From Octopus sinensis (taxonomy: Eukaryota), in contig NC_043001.1 of NCBI RefSeq assembly GCF_006345805.1, forward strand, positions 122,202,001-122,266,000: a stretch of DNA of 64,000 nucleotides, in the 5' to 3' direction. Below the pieces are notes generated by a model that saw nothing but the letters and a program-made list of their open reading frames with translations, had not been told where the DNA came from and ran no database searches. Positions 1-13,700 of the stretch are shown here, piece after piece (position 1 is the stretch's first letter; every line of letters begins with the position of its first letter). Made by a program: the position numbers and the translations under genes.

Positions 1-405
1 ACAGGAAGAAGAAGAAAAAAGATAAAAAGTTCAATAAAGTGTTTGAAAATAAAAGATAGAAGAGAGAGCGACAGTTCAAAACACACAGCATAAAATCCTT
101 TGGCCACATGGTACTCCTGGCCTTCAATTTGAAACTGGAACACAGCTTCTCACAGTTGTTGTATAACTCCACATAAACCAACTTTTTCTGCGAACAATTC
201 TCAAAATTAATTGAGAACAACACGATTCTCGAACTAAGTTTGGAGACAGGATACGCCAGAAAGATTTCCTGCTGGTCCGAAACCTAATTCCACAGGAGAA
301 AAAATTCTCCTTTATGCAACTTCAGGTAGCTGGCTATAGTATGAATGCTTCATGAGGTAAACGACTGGATTATCTCATCATTTCTTGCTAACTATATATA
401 TATAT

Positions 406-1898
406 TTCAACAATTGAGGGTAAAATTAATTAGTTATTAATCAATTTCACCAAGTATTCAGTATGTAAAGGGACCATTTAAGACGAATTCAAAATATTAC
501 ATTGTATAAAAGGGCTTAGTAAAATAAATTACTTTGCCACATACTGAACTCATTAGAAATAGCAGCCAAAAAAGATTTTTTAGCCATTTCCAATACTTAA
601 AGAAAATTTCTCTCAGGTAGTGCTTACTCAAAATAACCCACGAAGGTATGGGGGTAAAAACATTAAAAAATCACAAGTGCAAAGATTATTTGAGAACGTA
701 CGTTTCTAGATCAGCCAAATACAATTCGACATTTCTTTCGTCAGCCCAAAATTTCTTAATTCGGATTTGGAAACACTGAAAGTAGGAGCATACCCTTTTG
801 GCGACTTTTCACCTCAGAAGATCCGTTCAAAACTAACAGTGCCAACAAATTCAAAATATGCAAGCGAAGAATTCCTGCTCTCCCCCTTCCACCCACGTGG
901 GTCACTAGTAAACACCATATTTTATCGGTGAAAACCGAGGCATTAAACAGAGAGAATGAATTATAATTTCAACAATGAGGGTAAAATTAATTAGTTATTA
1001 ATCAATTTCACCAAGTATTCAGTATGTAAAGGGACCATTTAAGACGAATTCAAAATATTACATGTATAAAAGGGCTTAGTAAAATAAATTACTTTGCCAC
1101 ATACTGAACTCATTAGAAATAGCAGCCAAAAAAGATTTTTTAGCCATTTCCAATACTTAAAGAAAATTTCTCTCAGGTAGTGATTACTCAAAATAACCCA
1201 CGAAGGTATGGGGGTAAAAACATTAAAAAAATCACAAGTGCAAAGATTATTTGAGAACGTACGTTTCTAGATCAGCCAAATACAATTCGACATTTCTTTC
1301 GTCAGCCCAAAATTTCTTAATTCGGATTTGGAAACACTGAAAGTAGGAGCATACCCTTTTGGCGACTTTTCACCTCAGAAGATCCGTTCAAAACTAACAG
1401 TGCCAACAAATTCAAAATATGCAAGCGAAGAATTATAATTCATTTCTCTCTGTTTAATGCCTCGGTTTTCACCGATAAAATATGGTGTTTACTAGTCTGA
1501 CCCACGTGGGTGGAAGGGGGAGAGCAGGAATTCTTCGCTTGCATATTTTGAATTTGTTGGCACTGTTAGTTTTGAACGGATCTTCTGAGGTGAAAAGTCG
1601 CCAAAAGGGTATGCTCCTACTTTCAGTGTTTCCAAATCCGAATTAAGAAATTTTGGGCTGACGAAAGAAATGTCGAATTGTATTTGGCTGATCTAGAAAC
1701 GTACGTTCTCAAATAATCTTTGCACTTGTGATTTTTTAATGTTTTACCCCCATACCTTCGTGGGTATTTTGAGTAATCATACCTGAGAGAAATTTTCTTT
1801 AAGTATTGGAAATGGCTAAAAAATCTTTTTTGGTTGCTATTTCTAATGAGTTCAGTATGTGGCAAAGTAATTTATTTTACTAAGCCCTTTTATACAAT
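406..1898. mobile_element. (TA)n-flanked element: two direct ~560 bp units plus an inverted unit, each with a hammerhead-like motif
   Basis: Unit A 406-967, unit B 968-1434, inverted unit C 1433-1898. Penelope-like LTR identity is inferred. Confidence 0.75.
1652..1713 (+). ncRNA. Minimal hammerhead-like motif, weak stem II (also 689-750 and 1250-1311 on minus)
   Basis: TTTGGG CTGACGA ... GAAAC GTAC GTT CTCAAA: stem I TTTGGG/CTCAAA, palindromic ACGTACGT stem III, GUU site; stem II AGA/TCT closed by an A-A mismatch. Confidence 0.55.
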
Positions 1899-1900
1899 AT

Positions 1901-1938
<38 letters not shown>

Positions 1939-2870
1939 CCAATTAAGGACTGAACACGAAAGTGGACAGTCAACATGCTAGATATAGACGTCAAATCGCC
2001 ATTCTCCACAAAGATTATGTTCTCAAATAAAATAAAATTCAGCATAAACCAAAGCAATAAATAAGACAAATGAAAATATACGAAATGAAATAATCACCTG
2101 TGTACCGATCAGTTTCAGTTATTAATATCGGCAGCACAGTCTGTTATGAACATAATTTGCTGGACTAGATGCAAAAAACGATACCGGAGTTTCGCATGCA
2201 TAAAGTACAACCGATTAAGTTCGAATGTATCTTTCAAATGCCTTTACTTTTGGCGCGCTGAGACCCGAAAAACCAGCCAGCAGCTAATAATTAGCAGCAG
2301 TCAATTTATCGGTTTAAGAACATATATTTTATATCAATTTCTACCCTTAATTAAATTTTAATATAAATATATGTTCTTAAAACGATAAATTGACTGCTGC
2401 TAATTATTAGCTGCTGGCTGGTTTTTCGGGTCTCAGCGCGCCAAAAGTAAAGGCATTTGAAAGATACATTCGAACTTAATCGGTTGTACTTTATGCATGC
2501 GAAACTCCGGTATCGTTTTTTGCATCTAGTCCAGCAAATTATGTTCATAACAGACTGTGCTGACGAAGTTACAGATATCCTTGCCGATATTAATAACTGA
2601 AACTGATCGGTACACAGGTGATTATTTCATTTCGTATATTTTCATTTGTCTTATTTATTGCTTTGGTTTATGCTGAATTTTATTTTATTTGAGAACATAA
2701 TCTTTGTGGAGAATGGCGATTTGACGTCTATATCTAGCATGTTGACTGTCCACTTTTCGTGTTCAGTCCTTAATTGGTTTATATAAATATTTTAATCTTC
2801 GGATTCTTTTTAATATGCTAGACCACTGGTTTTAATTGACTAATATCAATTTCTACCCTTAATTAATTTA
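1939..2870. mobile_element. (TA)n-flanked foldback element with ~400 bp inverted arms
   Basis: Arms about 1939-2334 and 2361-2777; terminal motif TATCAATTTCTACCCTTAATTAA at the centre and at the right end. Confidence 0.8.
2555..2617 (+). ncRNA. Type I hammerhead ribozyme, dimer-type stem III
   Basis: Stem I CTGTG/CACAG, CTGACGA 2560-2566, stem II AGTTA/TAACT extended by ATATC/GATAT, GAAA 2599-2602, self-complementary ACTGATCGGT, GUA site at 2610-2612. Confidence 0.8.
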
Positions 2871-2892
2871 TATATATATATATAATATATAT

Positions 2893-2946
<54 letters not shown>

Positions 2947-3717
2947 ATATATATATATTTCAGGAGGTGTGAGAGGTTCTGACAGAAAATTAAGGAACAT
3001 ACCGCCTTAAAAGGAAGCGAAATAATATTTCTTCGGGTTATTTTACTTAAATTAAGGTGTATATCTCTTGCTTTTTTTAACTGGCACTTTTATTTAATTG
3101 ATCTGAGGGCGTTCATATGTGGAAAAAGTAGTACAATGTGTTTTTTCTCTGTCGGTTTGCTTTTACTGACCAAATTAATGTGATTTAGTCCAATTCTGTA
3201 AATATAAAGAGGGAATTTTGTGTTGACATTTAGAGGTGAACCGTTGATATTTAGAGTTCAACTGGTGATCTGAAGTGTTAGCTTTCGTTAGTTGCATTGC
3301 TTTGTGAATTTACAATTGTATTATATAATGCTGAACAGGCATATTAATACAAACATATATGCATAATTTCTCGCACAGGCATTGCACGATAACAACATTG
3401 ATTAAGCTTCGTGCTATGGCCATACTCGATAACGAGGGGGCAGCTACCATGTATGTATGTATGTATGTATGTATGTATGTATGTATGTATGTATGTATGT
3501 ATGTATGTATGTATATGTTTGAGTTGGTTCCCTCATCACTTGACAACCAGTGTTGATTTGTTTACGTGTCTGTGAGTTAGAGGTTTGGCAGAAGAGATCG
3601 GTATAATAAGTACTCGGCTGACAAACATAAGTTCTGAGGTCAAATTGTTCGATTAAGCCCTTCAAGATGGTGCCCTGGCAGGACCTTAGTCAAATAAGTA
3701 AAAATAAAAATACATAC

Positions 3718-3803
3718 CTTGTGAGCAGACCATTTCCTAGCCAGGGTTCTAACAATTTATAGAAAAGATTTTTTTCTATATGTTTTGTATTACCGATTAC
3801 ATC
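3718..3803 (-). CDS. Duplicate CYP4 gene exon 3 (KNLFYKLLEPWLGNGLLT); later exons not in window
   Basis: 86 nt, intact frame and AG/GT. Homology to the full gene stops near 3099. Confidence 0.88.
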
Positions 3804-3885
3804 CTGAAATCAAAACCACAATCTTACAATTTTGAATGTAACCCCTTTAACCAAAAAGGGACACACTTTCTCTATAATAATGCTG

Positions 3886-4110
<225 letters not shown>

Positions 4111-4571
4111 GATGGGCTACAGCAAATATTCTGCTCAATACCACAGATTTGCTTGTCAGTTGTTTGACCTTAACCAGTTGAGCATGTCCCTTAGTGGCTG
4201 ACGATATGTGCATCTCTGATCACGAGCAGAAGTAGTGGGGGAGCATCATAGCCATGTGTTGAGGGGGATTCTTTGGGGTTTGAATAATTCACCTCTGGAA
4301 ACATGGGTGGTTCTTTCAACATCCTTAAACAACCCTTATTCAGGGACCTTTTGAGCGGAATGGGCTACTCAACATGAAGAAAATTCTAACTGGGCCCCAT
4401 CTGCAAGGTCATGTGCTGTTTATCTTGATATGAGATCACCATGTCGCGCACATATGGTTGTGATGCATGTGCCTGGTGTACCCTTATCAGACGGGTAGTC
4501 ATGATGGGTATATTGGGCTTCGTATATTTTACCCCAGTGTCACTTTGATGGCATGCACTGCTCTCTCACTC

Positions 4572-4634
<63 letters not shown>

Positions 4635-4637
<3 letters not shown>

Positions 4638-4709
4638 CACAGCACATACCCAAGGTACACAGAGCTGCGCTCGGTAGTGAAGTGAAAGCACGCTATGAAA
4701 ATAAAACTA

Positions 4710-4712
<3 letters not shown>
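4635..4712 (+). mobile_element. Severely 5'-truncated R4/Dong 3' UTR inside (AAT)n
   Basis: Matches the last ~78 nt of the element ending at 19050 (...AAAACTACTG); (AAT)n on both sides. Confidence 0.85.
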
Positions 4713-4764
<52 letters not shown>

Positions 4765-4796
4765 TATAATAATAATAATAAAATAATAATAATAAT

Positions 4797-5350
4797 GCCC
4801 TGATGCAGTACCAGGCAGTGGCTCTCATGGCTTCTGATCTTAACTGATTGGAAGTGTTATCATGTACATTGTTTTGTCTTGGTATAAAAGATGGGCTACA
4901 GCAAATATTCTGCTCAATACCACAGATTTGCTTGTCAGTTGTTTGACCTTAACCAGTTGAGCATGTCCCTTAGTGGCTGACGATATGTGCATCTCTGATC
5001 ACGAGCAGAAGTAGTGGGGGAGCATCATAGCCATGTGTTGAGGGGGATTCTTTGGGGTTTGAATAATTCACCTCTGGAAACATGGGTGGTTCTTTCAACA
5101 TCCTTAAACAACCCTTATTCAGGGACCTTTTGAGCGGGATGGGCTACTCAACATGAAGAAAATTCTAACTGGGCCCCACCTGCAAGGTCATGTGCTGTTT
5201 ATCTTGATATGAGATCACCATGTCGCGCACATATGGTTGTGATGCATGTGCCTGGTGTACCCTTATCAGACGGGTAGTCATGATGGGTATATTGGGCTTC
5301 GTATATTTTACCCCAGTGTCACTTTGATGGCATGAACTGCTCTCTCACTC
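4797..5350 (+). mobile_element. ~550 bp non-coding element bounded by (AAT)n (also 4106-4571, 23905-24450 minus, 42330-42876)
   Basis: Near-identical copies ending GCTCTCTCACTC followed by (AAT)n; no convincing ORF, no TIR. Confidence 0.8.
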
Positions 5351-5413
<63 letters not shown>

Positions 5414-6406
5414 TAATAATAATCCTTTCTACTATAGGTACAAGGTCGGAAATTTTGGGGGAGCGAGCTAGCTGATTAGATCGAATCTCAGTACGCAACT
5501 GGTACTTAATTTATCGACCCCAAAAATGATGAAAGACAAAGTTGACCTCGGTGGAATTTGAACTCAAAATAATTGCTAGGGTATAACAGACCGGACCTAG
5601 TGGTGGTGGTCAAGGTGCGCAATATATGCTATGTAGTTGATGTTGTATACCCCTTTGACCCACGAATAGTAAAGAAGGAAGGCGAAAAGTGATAGATACA
5701 ACCCTCTTAAGTAGGAAAACAACCTCCTAGGAACTTAGGTGCCTGGAATGGAGTTCACTCTGTTGTAAGCATTCGAACTGGTTTTCCAGTTTGAGAATAT
5801 TTTTATATCTCCACCAAATCGCTTTCGTTAACTCCGCAAAGGCTCATAAGCACTGCCCTTCACGCTCAAGTATAATGCAGAAAAATGCCCCACATTGTTT
5901 TGCGTTTACTAAGAGATTGTTCTGTCACTACCTCAAAAAATATCCGGAAAGCTATACTTCATTTAAGAGCACTGATTTCTGACCTGCACTTGTGGAAAAA
6001 AGAAGTTAATGACTAATATTTATATTATTTTATTCATCATTATATTATTTTATTGTTACTTAGCTTTTTGAAATCACCTGCATTCAAAATGCTAACATGG
6101 CTTTTATGTATAGCTTTTGTTGGTGTTCAGTCAACCATGCCGGCTCTGATTAAGCAGACCCGTGAACAATGACGTAACTATATTACGTTATCTAATGTAG
6201 ATTGTTAGAATTTGCTAAGGACGTGGTCTGAGCGAGCTTTGTCTGCTATTTCTAGCTGGTCGAGTGGCTACATAGATCCTTCGTTGGCTCAACTATTCAT
6301 TTAAGCAGATGATGTTTAACAGAATTTTCCTGGCTAATATCAACTAAGTGAACATGAGCAATCATTTCCCTCCAATGATAACAGCATTAATTATAAAACC
6401 ACTTAC

Positions 6407-6519
6407 ATGTACATATTTATCTTTGAAGACAAGAATGACTGGCTGGAAACAAATCCAGAGGCACAATAGACCATGTTCCCGATATTCTTCTGAGAATTGC
6501 ATGATACACCTATACAAGT
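6407..6519 (-). CDS. Duplicate CYP4 gene exon 2
   Basis: 113 nt, 5 substitutions versus 52909-53021, splice sites and frame intact. Confidence 0.88.
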
Positions 6520-7335
6520 CTGAAACAGATTGGTTAAAAAGAAGAAAAGTTCGCTATGAAAATGTAAAACTGGTGAAAAATTAAACTTTAAACTTTAATC
6601 CAACTAAATTTCTTGTGGTTAAGGAGTTGCGTCTAGGAGTGAAACATTTTGTGTAGCGAAAGACGAGTACGTTGAGTAGGCTTTGTGGGATGGGTGGGCA
6701 GATGCAACAAGAAGCTGAGGCCATTGAAGTAGCATAAATCTAGGCAGATCGAAGAGACAAAAAGTGTATGAATTAGATGTAGATTGTTAATGAGTCACAG
6801 TCAGAATATAAGTCTCTTTTGTATGATTGTTTGCATAGCAATAGCGCTGTCCCAGATAAGAGAATAAAAAAAAAGGTATTCTGTAAAAGGTCAACAACAA
6901 GAAAAACTGAATGGTATGGAAACTGGCACAAATTACACTCAATATTTTACAGGTTGTATATAAGTTAGTAAAACCACTATTCAGTGTTTTTTGTAGGTAG
7001 CATGTAATTTAATAGACATATTACTAGATGTCACGTTGCGGAAGTTACAGACTGGTGAGGCTATCAATCAACAAAGTAAATATTGGTGTACCTATCTCAC
7101 AATATAAGTTTATCTTTGGGGTCTCTGTGCCAAAAGTTCAAATAAATATTAGTTTATCTCCTTCCTCTTTTTTTGTCATCAGTTTCCACTTAACCTTGTT
7201 ATCAATAAAAGTAAAGGTTTTCTGGGACACACAAATCAACAAGAACAAAAATACACTTCCCGAAGATAGGAGATTTAGCTCATGCACATTTGACATTGCA
7301 TACACATTCAATGGGTTAAAATGAAGAAAACCAAC

Positions 7336-7495
7336 CTTTGTTATTTCCGATCAGTTTTGGTACATCACCGATTATATGCCAACTCTTCATGCTTGGTAGG
7401 TGTCTGCAATCCGACAGTAATTTCAAATATTTTCGTAGAAGATTTAGAAAACATCCGAGAACTATAAAGGCTACTAATAGGCCAGCGAACAACAT
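7336..7495 (-). CDS. Duplicate CYP4 gene exon 1
   Basis: One nucleotide difference from 56694-56853; same ATG and donor. Confidence 0.88.
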
Positions 7496-7782
7496 GTTAG
7501 CAACTTGTCTCACTATTAACTGAAGTGACAATAAGAATGCGGTCAGAACCCGAATATTTCCCCCCAGAAATTTAGGCAATGGAATGTTATAAGAAGTAGA
7601 ACAGATCCCTCTGTTTCAGCCTCTTCTCTTCATAAACAAATACGTAGCAGATATTGCTATTTCTGTCACTGCTGACGTTATTGTCAGCTTTTAGCCTCGA
7701 TATCAGTTAAATAAATGTCCTGCTAAATTTAAACACATTTTTAGTTCTTATTCTCACGCACTTTGCTTGCATGTATGTAATA

Positions 7783-7818
<36 letters not shown>

Positions 7819-9489
7819 TGTATGTATGTATGTATATGTATGTATGTATGTATGAATGTATTTATAAAACTGAAATGCGAAAAGTTTGTTTGTATTGTTT
7901 GTCTGGAATGGTTTAAAGGCCACTAGATCCCGTCTGGTTGACTCCAAAATTTACAGGGACATGTAAAATGAGAGGAGGATGCCCGTGGACTAGGTTAGAA
8001 ATCTATCTTAGAAGGTGTCGTTGCTAGGGCCAAAAACCCACTTTGACAAGTCGACTCTCATTCTTTTATGTATCTGTCTTCCTCCCTCATTCACGCTATT
8101 TCCTCCCTTCCGGTCTAACTCCCCTTCACTCTCTCTTTATAACTTCGTCAAACGGCGTTCTATATCTTGCTGTCTGCATTCATAGAGAGAATTATCATCG
8201 CCACATCCACGACACAATCATGAGAACAAATATTATGAATCAGATATTTATTGCGTTCATTTATATATGTGTGTGTGTGTTCTATATATAAATATGTATA
8301 TATAATGTATATATACAAAGTGTATATATCTGTATGTATGTATATTAAACTTTTTAATACTTTTTGATAGTTATATATATATTTAAACAAATTATAAATA
8401 TAATTTAATAATTTTTATTTTAAATTTAAATAATTTAAATTTTTCAATTTTATATTTTACATATTTTCTATATTATATTATATTTTTATGTTTTTGTTTT
8501 TGGTTTTTCACTGTTTGATTTGCCTATTAGTGGTTTTATCTCTAATTTAATTTATACATATATATATATAATTTGTGTACATTTGTATATATAATGCGTG
8601 CACACACACACACACACATATATATATATACATATATATATATACATATATATATATAATATATATATATACATATATATATATATAATGTGTGCATTAT
8701 GTGGTCGGTTGAGCTGAAAATATGCACACCTATGTTAAAAGTGCTGGCAATTTTGCATGACAACTATTTTTTTCCTCAAATGAAAGGCGTGACCTCTAGG
8801 ACAAATTCCTCATCTTATAAAATGTGGCCCCAGTAGACCCGAATGAAATCGGGTTATATTAACCAAAATGTAAAAAGGGGTCTAAATGGGGCTGAAAGGG
8901 GATTAAAATTTAAAGGAGCGGGTGTTTAGGAATTCTCTATTACATCAAGCTAAAAAATTTGCGCCAGCCTTTTAATCGTCAATGTGTTGCCGTCCACGAG
9001 GAAGAAGTTTTGAATGCTTGCCATGGTGAGTGTACTGTCGTGAGAAAGAATCACTTCAAAACTTGGTGTTTAGGAATTTTCTTTTACATCAAGTTCAAAA
9101 TTTTACGCCAGCCGTTAAACTGTCAATACGTTGCTGTCCGTCGTTAAGAAATGCCAGCCATGGTGACTCTACTATCCTCAGATTCTATCCCTTCAAACTT
9201 TGGTTTCCAATATTTTATTATTTTTATTCAGCTCGCAAGTTCGTCTGTTCCTTTTAAATGTTAGTGTTCTGCTGTCTGCCTGGAAGCAGACCTTTCCGTT
9301 GCCACTGCCTGATATTTATGATTGATCTTTCTAAATATTTTATTTCTCAACTTACTCAAGATCTTTTGTTGTTTATAAATGGGAGAGAGATAGATAAAGA
9401 TATGGAGTAAGAGAAAGCGAGGAAGAGTTCGAGAGAAAAGAAAAGTAAGAGAGTGGGAAAGTGAGAGAGAAACAAAGAGGGAGAATCAT

Positions 9490-9800
9490 CATCATCATCA
9501 TCATCGTTTAATGTCTGTTTCCGTGCTAGCACGGGTTGGACAGTTTGACCGGGGTCTGGGAAGCCAGGAGGCTGCACCAGGCTCCAGTCTGATCTGGCAG
9601 TGTTTCTACAGGTGGATGCCCTTCCTAACGCCAACCACTCTGTGAGTGTAGTGGGTGCTTTTTTCGTGCCGCCAGCACAGGTGCCAGGGGCGCTGGCAGC
9701 GGCCATGATCGATTGGTGCTTTTTACGTGCCACCGGCACAGAAGCCAGTCAAGGCGGCGCTGCAATCGACCACGTTCGGGTGGTGCTTTTTACGTGCTGA
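9490..9800 (-). mobile_element. SINE 3' portion with (GAT)n tail
   Basis: GGATGCCCTTCCTAACGCCAACC motif, AAACGATGATGATG end. Confidence 0.6.
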
Positions 9801-9885
9801 AAGGAAGCAACAGAAAGTAACAACCACACTCTTACCCGCGCGTAGAGCGGGTCACCTTTAGCTAGCATATATATGTAATATATAT

Positions 9886-10015
<130 letters not shown>

Positions 10016-10567
10016 TGTATGTATGTATGTATGTATGTATGTATGTGTGCGTATGTATATATGGTATATACATGTATGGATGTGTGTGCATGTATATATA
10101 TGGTACATGTCTATGGATGTGTGCATGCGTATTATCCTGAAATATTTAAAATTATATCTGACATTATCAAATTTTTAAAAGATATAATTGATATTTCAAA
10201 TATTGGCACAAGGCCAGAAATTTTGACGGGGGTGGCGAATGGATAAATCGATTTCTTCGACCTTCAGTCCTGAATTAGTAATAAAAAATTTCGATCCTGA
10301 CAGGGTGGAAGGCAAAGTCAACCCGGGCGGAATTTGAACTCAGAACCTAAGGACAGACGAAATGCCACTAAGCATTTTGGACGATATGTTAACACTTCTG
10401 TCAGCTCACCACCCTATATACATTAAATATTGAAAGTACTTTATAATCACAGAAGTCGAAAGTTATGGTTCTTATAGCGTAAGCCATTTTCTGTCTTTGT
10501 TTCAGATTAAGAGAGAAAGATTTCGAAAAATATATTATAGAAGGAAATAGAGGTGTATATACATATG

Positions 10568-10635
<68 letters not shown>

Positions 10636-10782
10636 ATATATATATAACAAATTAAAAAAGGAAAATACGCACACTTACATAGTTTTAATAATTTTTAATA
10701 TATCGACCGGTTTCGCTATCGCTATTCATGATATGTACTAATGACTGTCTAAAAAAAGGTTTTTTTTTTCTTTTTTTTTTAA

Positions 10783-13700
10783 CCGAAAATTATGTTTGTT
10801 TTAAACCTTGAGATTACATAGAAAGTATTTTGCGTAGGATATGAGCAGTTCCCATGAGCACTATCTTTTGAATTTCTGCCATTTTTGGGTTTCCTGGTAT
10901 CTGAGTTAGGTAGCTATCAGCCCCTTTCGCTATCATTCCCAGGGCACCTATGACAACAGGTATTGTTTTAGTCTTCAGGTTCCACATTTTGCTGATTTCT
11001 ATTTCAAGATCTTTATATTTGCTCAGTTTTTGGTAGGTCTTGACAGATACGTTTATATCGATTGGGACAGTCATATCAATGAGGAGGCATGTTCTTTGTT
11101 TGAAGTCTTTCAATATGATGTCTGGCCTATTTGCATCTATCTTTCTGTCAGTTTGAATGGTGAAGTTCCAGATGAGTGAGATGTGGTCATTTTCAAGCAC
11201 TGAGGGTGGTTTGTGTTCCCACCAGTTTTTTTCATGGAGCAAATCCAGGTTTTTGCAGATTACCCAGTGAATATATTGTGCAGCTCTATCGTGCCTGTTG
11301 AGATACTCTGTAGGCGCTAGAAGACTGCACTTGGAGACCACATGGTCAATGGTTTCATTTTGTTGCTTGCATACACGACACGTTGGACTGCTTCTGATCT
11401 TTAATATGTTGGCCTGGTAGTTTCTTGTTGGTAGGCATTGATCTTGAGCTGCTATGATAAAACCCTCTGTTTCAGATTTTAAGCCAGAGGCCATTAGCCA
11501 TTGATGGGTCAGGGCTTTGTCAACATCTGCATTATTTGCTCTCTTTGGGTATTTGCCATAGAGAGGTTTTTCTTGCCATTTATTATTCAGAATATCTAAG
11601 GCCGCAGATTTAGCACGGGTTTTCATGCGCTTAGCTTTTTGTGTGCCTCTTTCTTGTATGTCTATCTCTAATTCCGAAATTTGTTGTATTCGGAATTCAC
11701 TTAGATATTCCTTTGCCTGTTTTGTTACTGAGTATGATGCTTTCTTGTTTTCATGTTTTGAGACAAGTTTTAACATCCAGTCCTCAGAGTTTTTCAGGTA
11801 GGTGTCTAGGCCAATTGTAGCAATCTTCATTGTTATTGCCAGTTGTAAAAGTCCACGGCCTCTCTCTTTTCTTGGCAGATAAAGTCGTTCTGTATCTGCC
11901 TTAGGGTGGTGCATTCTATGCATTGTCAACAGTTTTCGTATTTTTCTGTCAAGATTACATATTTCAGTAATTGACCAGTTAACGATATTGAAACTGTAAG
12001 TCACGACTGGTATGGCTAATGCATTGATCGCTTCGATCCTGTTTCTTGCATTCAGCTCTGTCTTGAGTATTGCTCTTACTCTGCGATAACATTCTCTCCT
12101 GATCCTTTCCTTCATCTCTGAATGCCTTATTCCTTCTCCTTCAATTACCCCTAGATACTTGTAGTTCTCTGCTGGGTCTAGTTCTTTTATGACATTCTGC
12201 TGGTCAAGGTTAACGTTAGATGTTTCTGTCATTTTTCCTTTGATAAAGGTAGCTTTTGCACATTTATCGAGGCCAAATTGCATTCTGATGTCGTCACTGA
12301 ATTGTTTGACAATCGCTAGTAAGCCCTTGAGTTGTTGGTCATTTTTTGCAAAGAGCTTTAAATCATCCATGTAAATGAGATGATTTATATTTTTATCAAA
12401 CATTTTATATCCGTACTGCGCGTCATTGAGCAGTTTTGAGAGAGGTATTAAGGCTAAACAGAAAAGGAGCGGTGACAGTGAGTCACCCTGGAAAATGCCA
12501 CATGAAATTTGTACATCACCAGCATTTAGAGATTCATTGTCACTGTTCAAAGTTAGTGTGGTTCTCCATGATCTCATACTTACAGACAAAAAGTTTCGCA
12601 GGGCAGGTGCTATCTTATACATTTCTAGGCATTTATTAATCCAGCTATGTGGTAGGCTATCAAAAGCCTTTTTATAGTCTATCCAGGCTATTGATAAGTT
12701 TTTGTGTCGTTTGTGACAATCTTCTAAGATCATCTTATTGATGAGTAGTTGATCTTTACAGCCGTAGGATCCACGTTTACATCCTTTCTGTTCATTAGGG
12801 AATATGCTGCTGTCTGTTAAAAAACTATAAGTATATTCCGTCAGGACAGATGTTAGCGTTTTGTACATAGTTGTTAAGCAGGTTATGGGTCTATAGTTTT
12901 TTGGTTCATTTGTTTCTTCACTTTTTGGAAGCAGGAATGTTAACCCATTAACTAGCCAAGGAGGCATCCTACTAGGGTGTTGCAAAACATCATTGTAAAG
13001 TTCTGTTAGCAGTTCATGGCTCTCTGGGAAGGCATTCAACTAAAAGTTAGGGATTTTATCCTTTCCTGGAGACTTCCATTTGCTTCACCTCCTGAGAGCA
13101 GATCTTATATCTTCTACCTTGACACCCTCCCACTTTTGCTCTTCTAAGGAGTCCAGTTCTTTAGATATTCTATCAATCCAGGGGGCCTTTTCGCTGTGTG
13201 TTTTTTCTTCTTCCCAAATTTTATTCCAAAATCCCTGCACTTCTTCTTTTGATGGTACAGACCTTGCAGTAAACGCTGTTTTTCCTATCTTCCTGTAAAA
13301 ATTTTTTGGGTTATTTTTGAACATGTTGTTGTCCCTGAAGAATCTAATACGCTTTTCATACCTCGCTATGCGGGCAGCTTTAGCAGATACCTTTTGCTTG
13401 ATGGTTTCTATGGTGGCATCAATATCAAGTATAGTTTTCATATTATATTTTTTCATTAGTTTTTGGGTTTTTTTGCAGGTTTGGTAGTCTTATGAACCTT
13501 AAGGTTTTTCAAATATTCAATGTCAGATCTAAATAGTTTAATTTGTTGTTGCAGGCGCTCTTGCCAAGAAGGCTTTTTGTGGAAATGTTGCCGTTTTCTA
13601 ATTTTTTCACCACATAGGATCGTTGAGATTTTCGCGGATGCATAGTATAGGTGGTTGAGATCTGTGATATCAACATCATTAGCTGAAATTATATCCTTAA

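Noticed and set aside
406-1434. CRISPR-like or satellite array
   Set aside because: Only two long direct units, no spacers, eukaryotic context.
4196-4240. CTGACGA in the (AAT)n-embedded element
   Set aside because: No stem II, GAAA or stem I partner.
7028-7324. 98-aa ORF with a 114-aa counterpart at 53290-53634
   Set aside because: Intronic, opposite orientation in the two copies, divergent ends, no motif.
7496-7579. ORF-track extension upstream of exon 1
   Set aside because: The three paralogs align from MLFAG; the extension is not shared.
12189-12677. Plus-strand ORFs over LINEs (also 14810, 15702, 17337, and 18509 on minus)
   Set aside because: Antisense shadows of retrotransposon ORFs.
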